Positions 26,086-34,872 of a DNA stretch of 64,000 nt are shown here, piece after piece. Numbering within the stretch: the first letter of the stretch is position 1; each line of letters begins with the position of its first letter. The notes under the pieces were generated by a model that saw nothing but the letters and a program-made list of their open reading frames with translations, did not search any database and was not told where the DNA came from. Both the position numbers and the translations under genes were made by a program. The stretch lies in sequence record OR842557; one strand, 5' to 3'. This stretch comes from Escherichia phage 04086.

Positions 26086-26756
26086 ACTTGAATTCCACGT
26101 ACGTGATTCTTCAGGTCAAACACGCCCTTATGATGCTACAGCGTGTCTTATCCTTGTCGATAATGGTATGAATTCTATAACCCAGTTAGAAACACGATTA
26201 AAAGATATTAAGCTGCCAGAAAATATTATGATGAAGGCATATCATAATAAAAATGTTGATGTTGCTGAAGGTTGTCCTTTTAGCCTGGCTGAAGCATTAC
26301 ATATCAAGGGCTATCGATATCCGGCAGACCCATATGCCGAAGGAACAATGGACATTTTCTATAAAGATACCGATAGAATGTCCAACGAACGTCTTAAAGG
26401 TCGTACTTATCTGATTTCAGCTACCGAAGACCTTACTGAAGTCGAACGTCAGATTTGGAAACACTTTGATATTGGATTGCGCTTTACCATGACTGAAGAC
26501 NNNCTATCGATATCCGGCAGACCCATATGCCGAAGGAACAATGGACATTTTCTATAAAGATACCGATAGAATGTCCAACGAACGTCTTAAAGGTCGTACT
26601 TATCTGATTTCAGCTACCGAAGACCTTACTGAAGTCGAACGTCAGATTTGGAAACACTTTGATATTGGATTGCGCTTTACCATGACTGAAGACGCTATTC
26701 GTGATGCTAAGGTGCGAGCTCGTATGTACGAGTACGGTCCTATCGGTGGTTACTAA
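26072..26756 (+). CDS. hypothetical protein (~163 aa after removing duplication)
   Basis: ORF with N-junction duplication at 26501. Confidence 0.5.
26311..26691 (+). repeat. N-flanked near-identical duplication (N at 26501-26503), likely artefact
   Basis: ~190-bp unit repeated. Confidence 0.7.
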
Positions 26757-27114
26757 TGGACTTATTTGATATGTTTGTCATTCCGGACCCTGAGCCTGAA
26801 ACAACTCAGGAGCCGCCTGTTGACTTTGTCAACGAACTTGATATGATTATACAGAAGCACGGTTTTANGACCTTATTGAAGTTGAACGTCAGATTTGGAA
26901 GCACTTTGATATTGGATTGCGCTTTACCATGACTGAAGACGCTATTCGTGATGCTAAGGTGCGAGCTCGTATGTACGAGTACGGTCCTATCGGTGGTTAC
27001 TAATGGACTTATTTGATATGTTTGTCATTCCGGACCCTGAGCCTGAAACAACTCAGGAGCCGCCTGTTGACTTTGTCAACGAACTTGATATGATTATACA
27101 GAAGCACGGTTTTA
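26617..27114 (+). repeat. N-flanked near-identical duplication (N at 26868), likely artefact
   Basis: ~250-bp unit spanning a gene junction repeated. Confidence 0.7.
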
Positions 27115-27191
27115 AGTTGCCTAAAGAGGTCCTTAGTGACCTTGCTTCTTATTACTTAGACCCTCCACCTTGGGCTCCTTGGGTAAAATAA
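27003..27191 (+). CDS. hypothetical acidic protein
   Basis: ORF; a near-identical copy begins at 26757 (artefact). Confidence 0.45.
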   Translation: MDLFDMFVIPDPEPETTQEPPVDFVNELDMIIQKHGFKLPKEVLSDLASYYLDPPPWAPWVK

Positions 27192-27424
27192 TGAATTGGC
27201 TGACTAATATACCTACATCGGCGTTGGATATCGACCGTAAACAGGCTCGTAAGGAAATCGAGCAAAAAAATATTCAGGCGAAAGCTCCTAAGATTACGGC
27301 CAAGGCGCCGGAAACAAAAAGCTCTTATGAATCAAAAAGCTCCTATACTTCATATACCCAATCCTCATTAGGCATGGCTGCTGACATTGCAGTGTTTGGC
27401 GTCCCACTTGGTGTGTTTAAGTAG
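27191..27424 (+). CDS. hypothetical protein
   Basis: TAATG overlap. Confidence 0.45.
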   Translation: MNWLTNIPTSALDIDRKQARKEIEQKNIQAKAPKITAKAPETKSSYESKSSYTSYTQSSLGMAADIAVFGVPLGVFK

Positions 27425-27452
27425 TTTACACCTCCTCCCTTCATGTTATAAT
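27424..27452 (+). promoter_or_regulatory. early promoter (GTTTAC-N17-TATAAT)
   Basis: CATGTTATAATG -10 context; followed by SD-sequestering hairpin 27451-27476. Confidence 0.6.
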
Positions 27453-27476
27453 GACCTCTAAATCACTGGAGGTCAT

Positions 27477-28046
27477 ATGAACATCGAACAAAAATGTCTT
27501 TATCAAGTCCGAATCAATTCCAAATTCTCAAAACACGAACAGAATCTTTTAGAAAAATGTCTGGATGCTAAAAAGGACCCTAACTTCCATTACGACCTCG
27601 ACAAACTGGTTCGTAAGCATGTTACTTCAGCGGTTCCAGTAGAGTTGTATCGTGGGATTACCACCAGAGAACTTGAGCAATTAGAGCTCCTTTCAGTAGG
27701 GTGTCAATGGTCTCCTGGTCGAGTTACTTCTTTTAGTACACAATACTCTCAGGCTCGTCAGTTTGCAGGGGCATGGGAATATGGAACCAAAACCATTTTA
27801 AGTCTCAGGAATGCTCCATTCATTTTTGACTACTATAACCATGCTATCGACCTTGTTCTTGCAGGGAATGTGGATGAGCTTGAAATAGATGAAACCCGTA
27901 TTGACCTCTATGATATGGTTGAAACTGAATGTGAGTTCATGGTCTCCAGCCAATCGCGATTTGAGATTGTTGCAATCGAAACCGTCAAAAGAGACCCGTA
28001 CGAAATCGAGTACAAAACAATTCATTTAAAAATGTTGGATTTTTAG
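27477..28046 (+). CDS. ADP-ribosyltransferase (Mod family, modB-like position)
   Basis: R-S-E signature LYRGI, TSFS, ECEF; paralog of next gene. Confidence 0.5.
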   Translation: MNIEQKCLYQVRINSKFSKHEQNLLEKCLDAKKDPNFHYDLDKLVRKHVTSAVPVELYRGITTRELEQLELLSVGCQWSPGRVTSFSTQYSQARQFAGAWEYGTKTILSLRNAPFIFDYYNHAIDLVLAGNVDELEIDETRIDLYDMVETECEFMVSSQSRFEIVAIETVKRDPYEIEYKTIHLKMLDF

Positions 28047-28087
28047 TTTACGAGCAAGGAAGCTTGTGGTACTATCTTTCTATCAAC
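28046..28087 (+). promoter_or_regulatory. early promoter
   Basis: GTTTAC / TACTAT / CTATCAAC. Confidence 0.6.
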
Positions 28088-28100
28088 TGAGGAGAATAAT

Positions 28101-28715
28101 ATGTTGTATCCGAGCCATAAATTAGCAGAATTTATCAACAATGTCAAATGCGATGATTTCCGTGAGAATACTCAGATAGAAATTGATGAGGTGTATTCTG
28201 ATTTAGAACAGAGTACCCTCTGGCAGTGCATGGAAAATAAACCAGATTGTATCCAGGAAACTCTGAACAAAATTATTCGTAAGAATCTGACTTCTGTAGT
28301 GCCTGATAAGCTCTATCGAGGCATATCTAAAAAGACTATGAAGTATCTAGAGTCCACAATGTGTGTAGGTGCGGTAATTGAATTCGACCGCGTGATGAGC
28401 TTCTCTAAAGACTTCAACGTGGCAAGGAATTTTGCATCTTATAACTTCTATGGAACATTTAATATCTTTTGTATTAATGATGCGCCATTTGTGTACAATT
28501 ATCAGGAAGAAATCTTTAAAATGTTATGTGCTGCTCCCCCTGAAGAGTTCCCAGGCGCATTTCCTGAATCTACCCGTATAGCAAACTTACAATTAATCAA
28601 TGATGAAGATGAGATGATGTTCCCTGCGGGAACTACGCTGCGCGTAGACTCTATTGAGAGAAATCCTAAATGGAATAATTACACCATTTGGAATCTTTCC
28701 GTTCTTTCTTACTGA
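28101..28715 (+). CDS. ADP-ribosyltransferase (Mod family, modA-like position)
   Basis: LYRGIS, MSFS, EDEM; paralog of 27477-28046. Confidence 0.5.
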   Translation: MLYPSHKLAEFINNVKCDDFRENTQIEIDEVYSDLEQSTLWQCMENKPDCIQETLNKIIRKNLTSVVPDKLYRGISKKTMKYLESTMCVGAVIEFDRVMSFSKDFNVARNFASYNFYGTFNIFCINDAPFVYNYQEEIFKMLCAAPPEEFPGAFPESTRIANLQLINDEDEMMFPAGTTLRVDSIERNPKWNNYTIWNLSVLSY

Positions 28716-28785
28716 ACCACCCGGTTTAATTGAAAGGCAAAGTCCTTGATTCATTATACCGTCGAAAATTTAAAGCAAAAAAGTT

Positions 28786-28826
28786 GTTTACTTTACCAAG
28801 CAACATGATACTATAGACCTATCAAC
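28786..28826 (+). promoter_or_regulatory. early promoter
   Basis: GTTTAC-N17-TACTAT + AGACCTATCAAC. Confidence 0.65.
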
Positions 28827-28840
28827 CAATCGTCCGTAAG

Positions 28841-29587
28841 ATGAGAAATATCATGACTACTGAATTTGAGTTAAAGGTTTACAACCGCCGCAAACATACC
28901 AAAGCTTCTGCTTATAAACGTGGTAAGGACTTCAATCTGTCTAGTAATTATGTTCGTAGACTTCTTGAACAAAAAGTGTGTGCTTATTCAGGCGAGCGCT
29001 TTGATGAGAATTCAGTTAGTGATAAGATTTCATTTGAACGTTTTAACAACGATATCGGCTATATTGAGGGTAATGTAATCCCAGTTAAAGTCAAGTATAA
29101 CAGCTTACGTGCCGATTTGTCTCTAGATGAATTGAAACGAGCCCAGACCCGTTTAGCGGTCCGTATTTCAGGTAGTTCTAAAATGCCTAATAGTTTTAAA
29201 GTTACTCCCGATAATTATTATAAAATTCGTAAAATCGTTAAAAACATTAAAGATACCCAAAGAGGTCTTAAAAAGCGTGAAAAACGTCTTAAGGACCTTA
29301 TTAAATCAGGAGCTACTGATAAGACCCCTTCTGTCATCGCGGTTAAAGCTCGTATCCATGGTTCTAACGCTTCAATCGGTACTATGGAAAAGGGTCTTAA
29401 ATCTTTAATTGGTGGGCCTGATTGGCGCGTCAAGTTTAAATTGTCTGAAGCAGAAACGCGTTACGATATGTATGATAAAATTATTCAAGGTCTGGAGCGT
29501 TTAGAACACCTTTCTTTTATTGACAAAATGAAGTTGAAAAAAGGTCTTCCGCTGAATGCTTCAATTTTTTCACTGATTAGAGGTTAA
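28841..29587 (+). CDS. hypothetical basic protein (srd-like position)
   Basis: 248 aa upstream of dda; assignment by synteny only. Confidence 0.4.
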   Translation: MRNIMTTEFELKVYNRRKHTKASAYKRGKDFNLSSNYVRRLLEQKVCAYSGERFDENSVSDKISFERFNNDIGYIEGNVIPVKVKYNSLRADLSLDELKRAQTRLAVRISGSSKMPNSFKVTPDNYYKIRKIVKNIKDTQRGLKKREKRLKDLIKSGATDKTPSVIAVKARIHGSNASIGTMEKGLKSLIGGPDWRVKFKLSEAETRYDMYDKIIQGLERLEHLSFIDKMKLKKGLPLNASIFSLIRG

Positions 29588-29588
29588 C

Positions 29589-29888
29589 GTGATGTACTAT
29601 GCATACGTATTAGTTCACAAGGACAAAGACGGGTATGAAATTCCATTAGAAGAGGCTGGTGAAGTGACTTTGTATTCGACAAAGATTGGAGCCGATACCG
29701 CTCTATCCATTTATGAAATGGCGACAAAAAGATATCTTCGGCTTGGACGCCTTGAAACGGTGTGCACACCTAGAAAATGGTGGTTTGATAAGTGGGAAAC
29801 TAAAACCGTGTATCCTACCGAAGAACGAGCCCGAGAACTTAAATTAGTTTTAGACACTTTATATGTTAAGCGAGTAAAATTGGCATGA
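29589..29888 (+). CDS. hypothetical protein
   Basis: ORF overlapping dda start. Confidence 0.45.
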   Translation: MMYYAYVLVHKDKDGYEIPLEEAGEVTLYSTKIGADTALSIYEMATKRYLRLGRLETVCTPRKWWFDKWETKTVYPTEERARELKLVLDTLYVKRVKLA

Positions 29889-31216
29889 TTACATTTGAAG
29901 ACTTGAACATCGGCCAGAGGACGGCCTTTAAAGAAATCATTGAAGCTATTAAACGACGTAAGGGCGAATGGATTACATTGAACGGCCCTGCTGGTACGGG
30001 CAAAACAACCCTTACCAAATTTATTCTTGACCATCTAGTCAAGAATGGTGAACTCGGAGTTATTTTGACTGCACCTACCCATGCGGCCAAAAAGGTGTTG
30101 TCGAAACTCGCAGGTCAAGAAGCATCAACAATCCACAGAATTCTAAAGATTAACCCTACTACATACGAAGACCAGGACATCTTTGAACAACGCGAAGCTC
30201 CTGACTTGAGCAAATGCAATGTGTTAGTTGTTGATGAAGGCTCGATGATTGACGGTAAGCTGTTTAAGATTATTGAATCTTCCGTGCCGCCGTGGTGTAC
30301 TGTATTAGGGATCGGTGACAGAGCTCAGCTACAGCCAGTGGAACCTGGAAGTGATGGAAGTCCGCAGTTGTCTCCGTTCTTTACTCATCCAAAAATCAAG
30401 CAATTGTATTTGACCGAAGTAATGCGTAGCAATGCTCCTATCATTGAGGTTGCTACTGAAATCCGTAATGGTGGGTGGTTTAGAGATTGTGTATTCGAAG
30501 GACATGGTGTCCATGGCTTTAAATCTCAAACTGCTTTAAAAGATTTTATGATGAATTATTTTTCCATTGTAAAAGACGCGGATGCCTTGTTTGAGAATAG
30601 GATGTTTGCTTATACAAATAAATCGGTTGAAAAGCTGAATAGCATTATTCGTAAAAAGCTTTATGAAACCGATGCACCTTATATCAAGGGCGAAATCCTG
30701 GTAATGCAAGAGCCTTTTATGAAGGAACTTGAATACGACGGTAAGAAATTCTCTGAAACCATTTTTAATAACGGACAAATGGTTCGTATTCTGGATGTGA
30801 ACCACACCTCATTGTTCTTGTCTGCTAAGGATGTAGGCACTCGACAAATGATTAATTACTGGGACCTGCAAGTAGAATCTATCGATGAAGATGATGAGTA
30901 TTATGTAGAGCATTTAAAGGTTATAGATGAGGCTTCGGTTGAGAAGTTCCATTATTTCTTGGCTAAGGTTGCTACTGAATACAAAGCCATGCGTGGTAGT
31001 GGTAAGAAACCTAAGTGGGCCGATTTTTGGAAAGCTAAGAGAATGTTTACTAAGGTTCGAGCTCTTCCTGTGAGCACTGTTCATAAATCACAAGGCCTCA
31101 CAGTCCAGAACAGTTTCATCTATACCCCGTGTATGCACATGGCTGATGTGAGTTTAGCTTCACAGCTAGCTTATGTTAGTATTACTCGTGCTCGTACTGA
31201 TGCTTATTATGTTTGA
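29885..31216 (+). CDS. dda: DNA helicase Dda (SF1)
   Basis: Walker A GPAGTGKTT, DEGSM; 443 aa. Confidence 0.93.
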   Translation: MITFEDLNIGQRTAFKEIIEAIKRRKGEWITLNGPAGTGKTTLTKFILDHLVKNGELGVILTAPTHAAKKVLSKLAGQEASTIHRILKINPTTYEDQDIFEQREAPDLSKCNVLVVDEGSMIDGKLFKIIESSVPPWCTVLGIGDRAQLQPVEPGSDGSPQLSPFFTHPKIKQLYLTEVMRSNAPIIEVATEIRNGGWFRDCVFEGHGVHGFKSQTALKDFMMNYFSIVKDADALFENRMFAYTNKSVEKLNSIIRKKLYETDAPYIKGEILVMQEPFMKELEYDGKKFSETIFNNGQMVRILDVNHTSLFLSAKDVGTRQMINYWDLQVESIDEDDEYYVEHLKVIDEASVEKFHYFLAKVATEYKAMRGSGKKPKWADFWKAKRMFTKVRALPVSTVHKSQGLTVQNSFIYTPCMHMADVSLASQLAYVSITRARTDAYYV

Positions 31217-31223
31217 GGAAAAT

Positions 31224-31463
31224 ATGATTAAAATAACTAAAGACCAATTTTATAAGTTGAAATTTGAAACTGAATATATTATTAAGGTCAACCAAGACGA
31301 TACCAATATCCGTGGCAAGGCTCATAAGGTCTTGCACTCACTTAAAGAGATTGAATACGATTTTATTGCAGTACAGCGTCTAATGGACGACAATATCTCT
31401 TCGGTTTATATTGAAGACTACACCGTCGGCCAAATCCGAGACCTTATGAGGTACGTTAAATGA
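31224..31463 (+). CDS. hypothetical protein
   Basis: GAGGAAAA RBS. Confidence 0.45.
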   Translation: MIKITKDQFYKLKFETEYIIKVNQDDTNIRGKAHKVLHSLKEIEYDFIAVQRLMDDNISSVYIEDYTVGQIRDLMRYVK

Positions 31464-32134
31464 AAGATATAATTATTGACTTTGAAACCTTTGCCACAAC
31501 CCAAAATGCAGCGGTTATCGACCTCGCTGTAATTGCTTACGACCCTAATCCAGAGGTTGTAGAAACGTTTGAAGAGCTTACTCAACGAGGCCTTCGTATT
31601 AAATTTGACCTCGCTTCTCAACGTGATAAACGACTGTTTTCTAAAAGCACGTTGCAGTGGTGGAAAGAGCAAGGGCCTGAAGCACGTAAAAACCTGGCTC
31701 CATCTGAAATTGATGTGTCCACTTCTATCGGCCTTGGTAATTTCCTGGAATACTGCCGTAAAAACGAAGTAGACCAATGGAAATCTCAGATGTGGTGCCG
31801 TGGAATGTCATTTGACTTTCCTATCTTAGTCGACCTAATTCGTGATGCTTATCGTTCTGAAGGTGTTCCTGAGAATGAAATTGATACCAGTAAATTAGAA
31901 CCGGTTAAATTCTGGAACCAACGTGACATCCGTACGGCTATTGAAGCATATTCACTAACTCGTGGATTGAGCATGTGTCCTCTGCCTAACGGAACATTGG
32001 ATGGCTTTGTTGCTCATGACTCCATCCATGACTGTGCTAAGGATATCTTGATGCTGAAATATGCCCAACGTTATGCCTTAGGCCTGGAAGATGTCCCTGA
32101 GAATCCCGACCCATTAAGTATAAAAAATCGATAA
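31460..32134 (+). CDS. dexA: exonuclease A DexA (DEDDh)
   Basis: IIDFETFA exo motif; 224 aa. Confidence 0.8.
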   Translation: MKDIIIDFETFATTQNAAVIDLAVIAYDPNPEVVETFEELTQRGLRIKFDLASQRDKRLFSKSTLQWWKEQGPEARKNLAPSEIDVSTSIGLGNFLEYCRKNEVDQWKSQMWCRGMSFDFPILVDLIRDAYRSEGVPENEIDTSKLEPVKFWNQRDIRTAIEAYSLTRGLSMCPLPNGTLDGFVAHDSIHDCAKDILMLKYAQRYALGLEDVPENPDPLSIKNR

Positions 32135-32138
32135 AAGT

Positions 32139-32180
32139 GTTTACTTCTCCTCATGACATGATATTATCTACCCTATCAAC
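32139..32180 (+). promoter_or_regulatory. early promoter
   Basis: GTTTAC-N17-TATTAT + CCCTATCAAC. Confidence 0.6.
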
Positions 32181-32194
32181 ATGAGGAGAACAAA

Positions 32195-32704
32195 ATGAAA
32201 ATTTATCGAGTGGAGTCATCGTTCAGTATCTTAGACAACAGCGATGTTATCACAATCACTCGTCAACAATGTCGCCAATTAACCCCGTATAGAGGCTCAT
32301 TTGACGAATGGAGTGAAGGTTGGTTATTGGAAGTAGGTTTCGACAGACCTAATTTTAGACACCATCATACCAATAATAAAAATATTCCACTACCAAGTCA
32401 AGACGAATTGTTGGTTAGAAATTCTAATACGGTAATTAAAACCAAATTCGAACATGAAGATTATAAAGATGTAGATAACTACATTCCAGGTTGGTTTGTT
32501 AACCTCTACCATTTTGCTTTTGCCAGCGAGTATGATATGATGCGCTGGTTTACTCGTGAAGAGCGTGCTGAATTATCTTCTAAAGGATTCTATCTTGCTG
32601 TTTACGAAATACCAGAAGATGAGGTTGTCATTGGTGGCCGCCAAGTAATGTTCCGCAAATCCCATGCCGAACTCGTAGATTTTATTGAATTGAGAACAAT
32701 ATGA
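32195..32704 (+). CDS. hypothetical protein
   Basis: ORF. Confidence 0.5.
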   Translation: MKIYRVESSFSILDNSDVITITRQQCRQLTPYRGSFDEWSEGWLLEVGFDRPNFRHHHTNNKNIPLPSQDELLVRNSNTVIKTKFEHEDYKDVDNYIPGWFVNLYHFAFASEYDMMRWFTREERAELSSKGFYLAVYEIPEDEVVIGGRQVMFRKSHAELVDFIELRTI

Positions 32705-33249
32705 AATTTAATTACAACCCTAAATACACTCCAAATCCGGCAGCTAAACTGATTGATTTTGATGTTTTAAGCACTTATGTATGCCCTGTTAAACCACTGG
32801 AAATTAAGGAACCTACTATGACTACTCAGACTATCGAAATCGGCAAAACCTACAAACTGGTTGAACCTGAAATTAAAACTAAGGCCTTGATTTCCGGCCA
32901 TAAAACTCTGACTGATGTTTTTGGCGAAGGCGAATTTATTGTTGAAGAATTTGCCAAAAGTGACTGGTTTGCCAAATCTTACGTCATCCACGGCCGCCGG
33001 TTAGATAATAACAAAATAGAGAAAACCCTGGTTTATGAAGCAGAGTTAATCCTGTTCCAAGAAGTTGAAGAACAAGACCCTACTGACCTTCTGTGTGCTG
33101 CTGTGTCTATCCGTCGTCCTTTTGATAATCCTATCTGTGGTTGGGTAACAGACCAGTGGGTTGAAGATGGTGTTGAGCTGCTGAACGTTGTCCATGCAGG
33201 TGATTTTAGTGTAGTACCTCGCAGTGCAGTGGTTAATGTATTGAATTAG
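32701..33249 (+). CDS. hypothetical protein (paralog of 33323-33889)
   Basis: C-terminal ...WVEDGVELLNVV...VVP shared with next gene. Confidence 0.5.
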   Translation: MKFNYNPKYTPNPAAKLIDFDVLSTYVCPVKPLEIKEPTMTTQTIEIGKTYKLVEPEIKTKALISGHKTLTDVFGEGEFIVEEFAKSDWFAKSYVIHGRRLDNNKIEKTLVYEAELILFQEVEEQDPTDLLCAAVSIRRPFDNPICGWVTDQWVEDGVELLNVVHAGDFSVVPRSAVVNVLN

Positions 33250-33251
33250 TA

Positions 33252-33286
33252 GTTTACTTTATCGAGAGCCATGTTATAATGGCTCT
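33252..33286 (+). promoter_or_regulatory. early promoter with -10 inside 8-bp inverted repeat
   Basis: GTTTAC-N17-TATAAT; AGAGCCAT/ATGGCTCT arms flank the -10. Confidence 0.6.
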
Positions 33287-33322
33287 TATGGATTATAAAC
33301 CTTTAACCAAGAGAGAAAAATT

Positions 33323-33889
33323 ATGATTACTATTTCCGATATCGGTGGTATTGTTCGTGTATCCAAAAAGTCTCGTTCAAAAGCTGCAGGCCATTTAGTT
33401 GAAGTTGATAGCATCCAACTTAAAGAAGGTGTCAGTGTAGAAAATTCTGAAGTAAAAGTGCGTATCATTCCTAAAAACGGCCAGACTGAAACTCAATTCG
33501 CTTATGTGCGTGCTAAATTCTTGGAATCGACTGAATTTACCGGATACATCGCTCCTGTGGTTGAAGAAGTTGAATCCCATGATGGATATGTATGTGAAAG
33601 CAATGATATCCGTGGCATAGTAGCTCAAGACGTTGAAACTATCGACCAATCTCATGTTGGCGTTGATTTCAAATGGAAATTAGGTAAAGGTGTCTTTTTC
33701 GTTTCACCTAAACCGTTTGAATACAATTGCAAGTACGGACCGACTTATGAAACCACCAGCATGTCCGGTTACATCACCGACCGGTGGGTTGAAGAAGGAG
33801 TTAAGCTCTATAACATCGTGTTCCTTGGAACTTTTAAGGTGGTTCCTGAGAGCTTTATCGTTGAGTATGCTGATATTCATTTTGCATAA
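33323..33889 (+). CDS. hypothetical protein (paralog)
   Basis: C-terminal ...WVEEGVKLYNIV...VVP. Confidence 0.5.
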   Translation: MITISDIGGIVRVSKKSRSKAAGHLVEVDSIQLKEGVSVENSEVKVRIIPKNGQTETQFAYVRAKFLESTEFTGYIAPVVEEVESHDGYVCESNDIRGIVAQDVETIDQSHVGVDFKWKLGKGVFFVSPKPFEYNCKYGPTYETTSMSGYITDRWVEEGVKLYNIVFLGTFKVVPESFIVEYADIHFA

Positions 33890-33903
33890 AGTTTTAAAAA
33901 ACA

Positions 33904-33945
33904 GTATACAATATGGTAGGGTAGTGATAAGATTACCCTATCAAC
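33904..33945 (+). promoter_or_regulatory. early promoter variant (GTATAC -35)
   Basis: GTATAC..TAAGAT + CCCTATCAAC. Confidence 0.5.
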
Positions 33946-33963
33946 AAATGAGAGGAAAATAAA

Positions 33964-34188
33964 ATGGCTAAAGTTACTGTGAATTCGACTCGTGAAGAAT
34001 TTGAAGATGTTCTGTTCAACCCTGATTTAATCGTGGTTCAAAAGGAACATTCTGATACGTTTTCTCATTTATCGTCGGTTTATGTATACGAAAATCAAGG
34101 TGATAAAACCCCTATCTATGCAGTGTTCCGTGAAATCACTGCTGAAGGCACCGACTTCTGGAAGGAAACTTACAATGCCACTTTATGA
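33964..34188 (+). CDS. hypothetical protein
   Basis: ORF. Confidence 0.45.
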   Translation: MAKVTVNSTREEFEDVLFNPDLIVVQKEHSDTFSHLSSVYVYENQGDKTPIYAVFREITAEGTDFWKETYNATL

Positions 34189-34351
34189 TTATAAATGCCA
34201 ATCTGAAGACTGCGCGAAAGAATACGAAAAAATCAAGAAAATCTCTGAAAGAGATAATGACGTTTGCCCTGATTGCCATCGGCTGGCTGTTCGGTTAGTC
34301 TCGGCTCCTAAACATGTTAATGGCGGTTTTTACGACCTGCTGACTAAGTGA
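34175..34351 (+). CDS. FmdB-type zinc-ribbon protein (58 aa)
   Basis: MPLYDYKC...C...CPDC; below track cutoff as independent ORF. Confidence 0.45.
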   Translation: MPLYDYKCQSEDCAKEYEKIKKISERDNDVCPDCHRLAVRLVSAPKHVNGGFYDLLTK

Positions 34352-34357
34352 GAAATT

Positions 34358-34618
34358 ATGAAATATATTAATCGTTCTATTGCAGCTCTTGTACTAGCCG
34401 TTTCGTTGGTTGGTTGTACTGATGCTGATAATGCTACCCGTGTATTGGATGCAAATGGCTACGAACAAATCCAAATCACAGGATACAACCTATTTGGCTG
34501 CTCTGAAGATGATTTCCAACGTACAGGCTTTATTGCTGTAGGTCCGACAGGTAAAAGGGTTGAAGGAACAGTTTGTTCCGGGTTATTCTTTAAAAAGTCT
34601 ACCATTCGATTTGATTAA
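34358..34618 (+). CDS. predicted lipoprotein (86 aa)
   Basis: signal peptide with lipobox SLVGC. Confidence 0.55.
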   Translation: MKYINRSIAALVLAVSLVGCTDADNATRVLDANGYEQIQITGYNLFGCSEDDFQRTGFIAVGPTGKRVEGTVCSGLFFKKSTIRFD

Positions 34619-34806
34619 GGGCTTCGGCCCTTTTATGCTTTAAGTGAAATGGGATAATATTCTCCTACTACATGAGGAAATAACATGATTAAGAATGAAA
34701 TTAAAGTACTGTCCGACATTGAACATNCGGTCCGACGGGTAAAAGGGTTGAAGGAACAGTTTGTTCTGGGTTATTCTTTAAAAAGTCGACCATTCGATTT
34801 GATTAA

Positions 34807-34822
34807 GGGCTTCGGCCCTTTT
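34807..34822 (+). terminator. rho-independent terminator (copy adjacent to gene 39)
   Basis: GGGC-TTCG-GCCC + TTTT; duplicate copy at 34619-34636. Confidence 0.55.
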
Positions 34823-34823
34823 A

Positions 34824-34848
34824 TGCTTTAAGTGAAATGGGATAATAT
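34824..34848 (+). promoter_or_regulatory. MotA-type middle promoter for gene 39
   Basis: MotA box TGCTTTA then 12 bp then -10 TAATAT. Confidence 0.5.
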
Positions 34849-34872
34849 TCTCCTACTACATGAGGAAATAAC

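Noticed and set aside
34636-34726. Second copy of the gene 39 terminator/MotA promoter and a truncated gene 39 start at 34685
   Set aside because: Part of the N-flanked duplication at 34727; only the copy adjacent to the intact gene 39 (34807-34848) is reported as functional.
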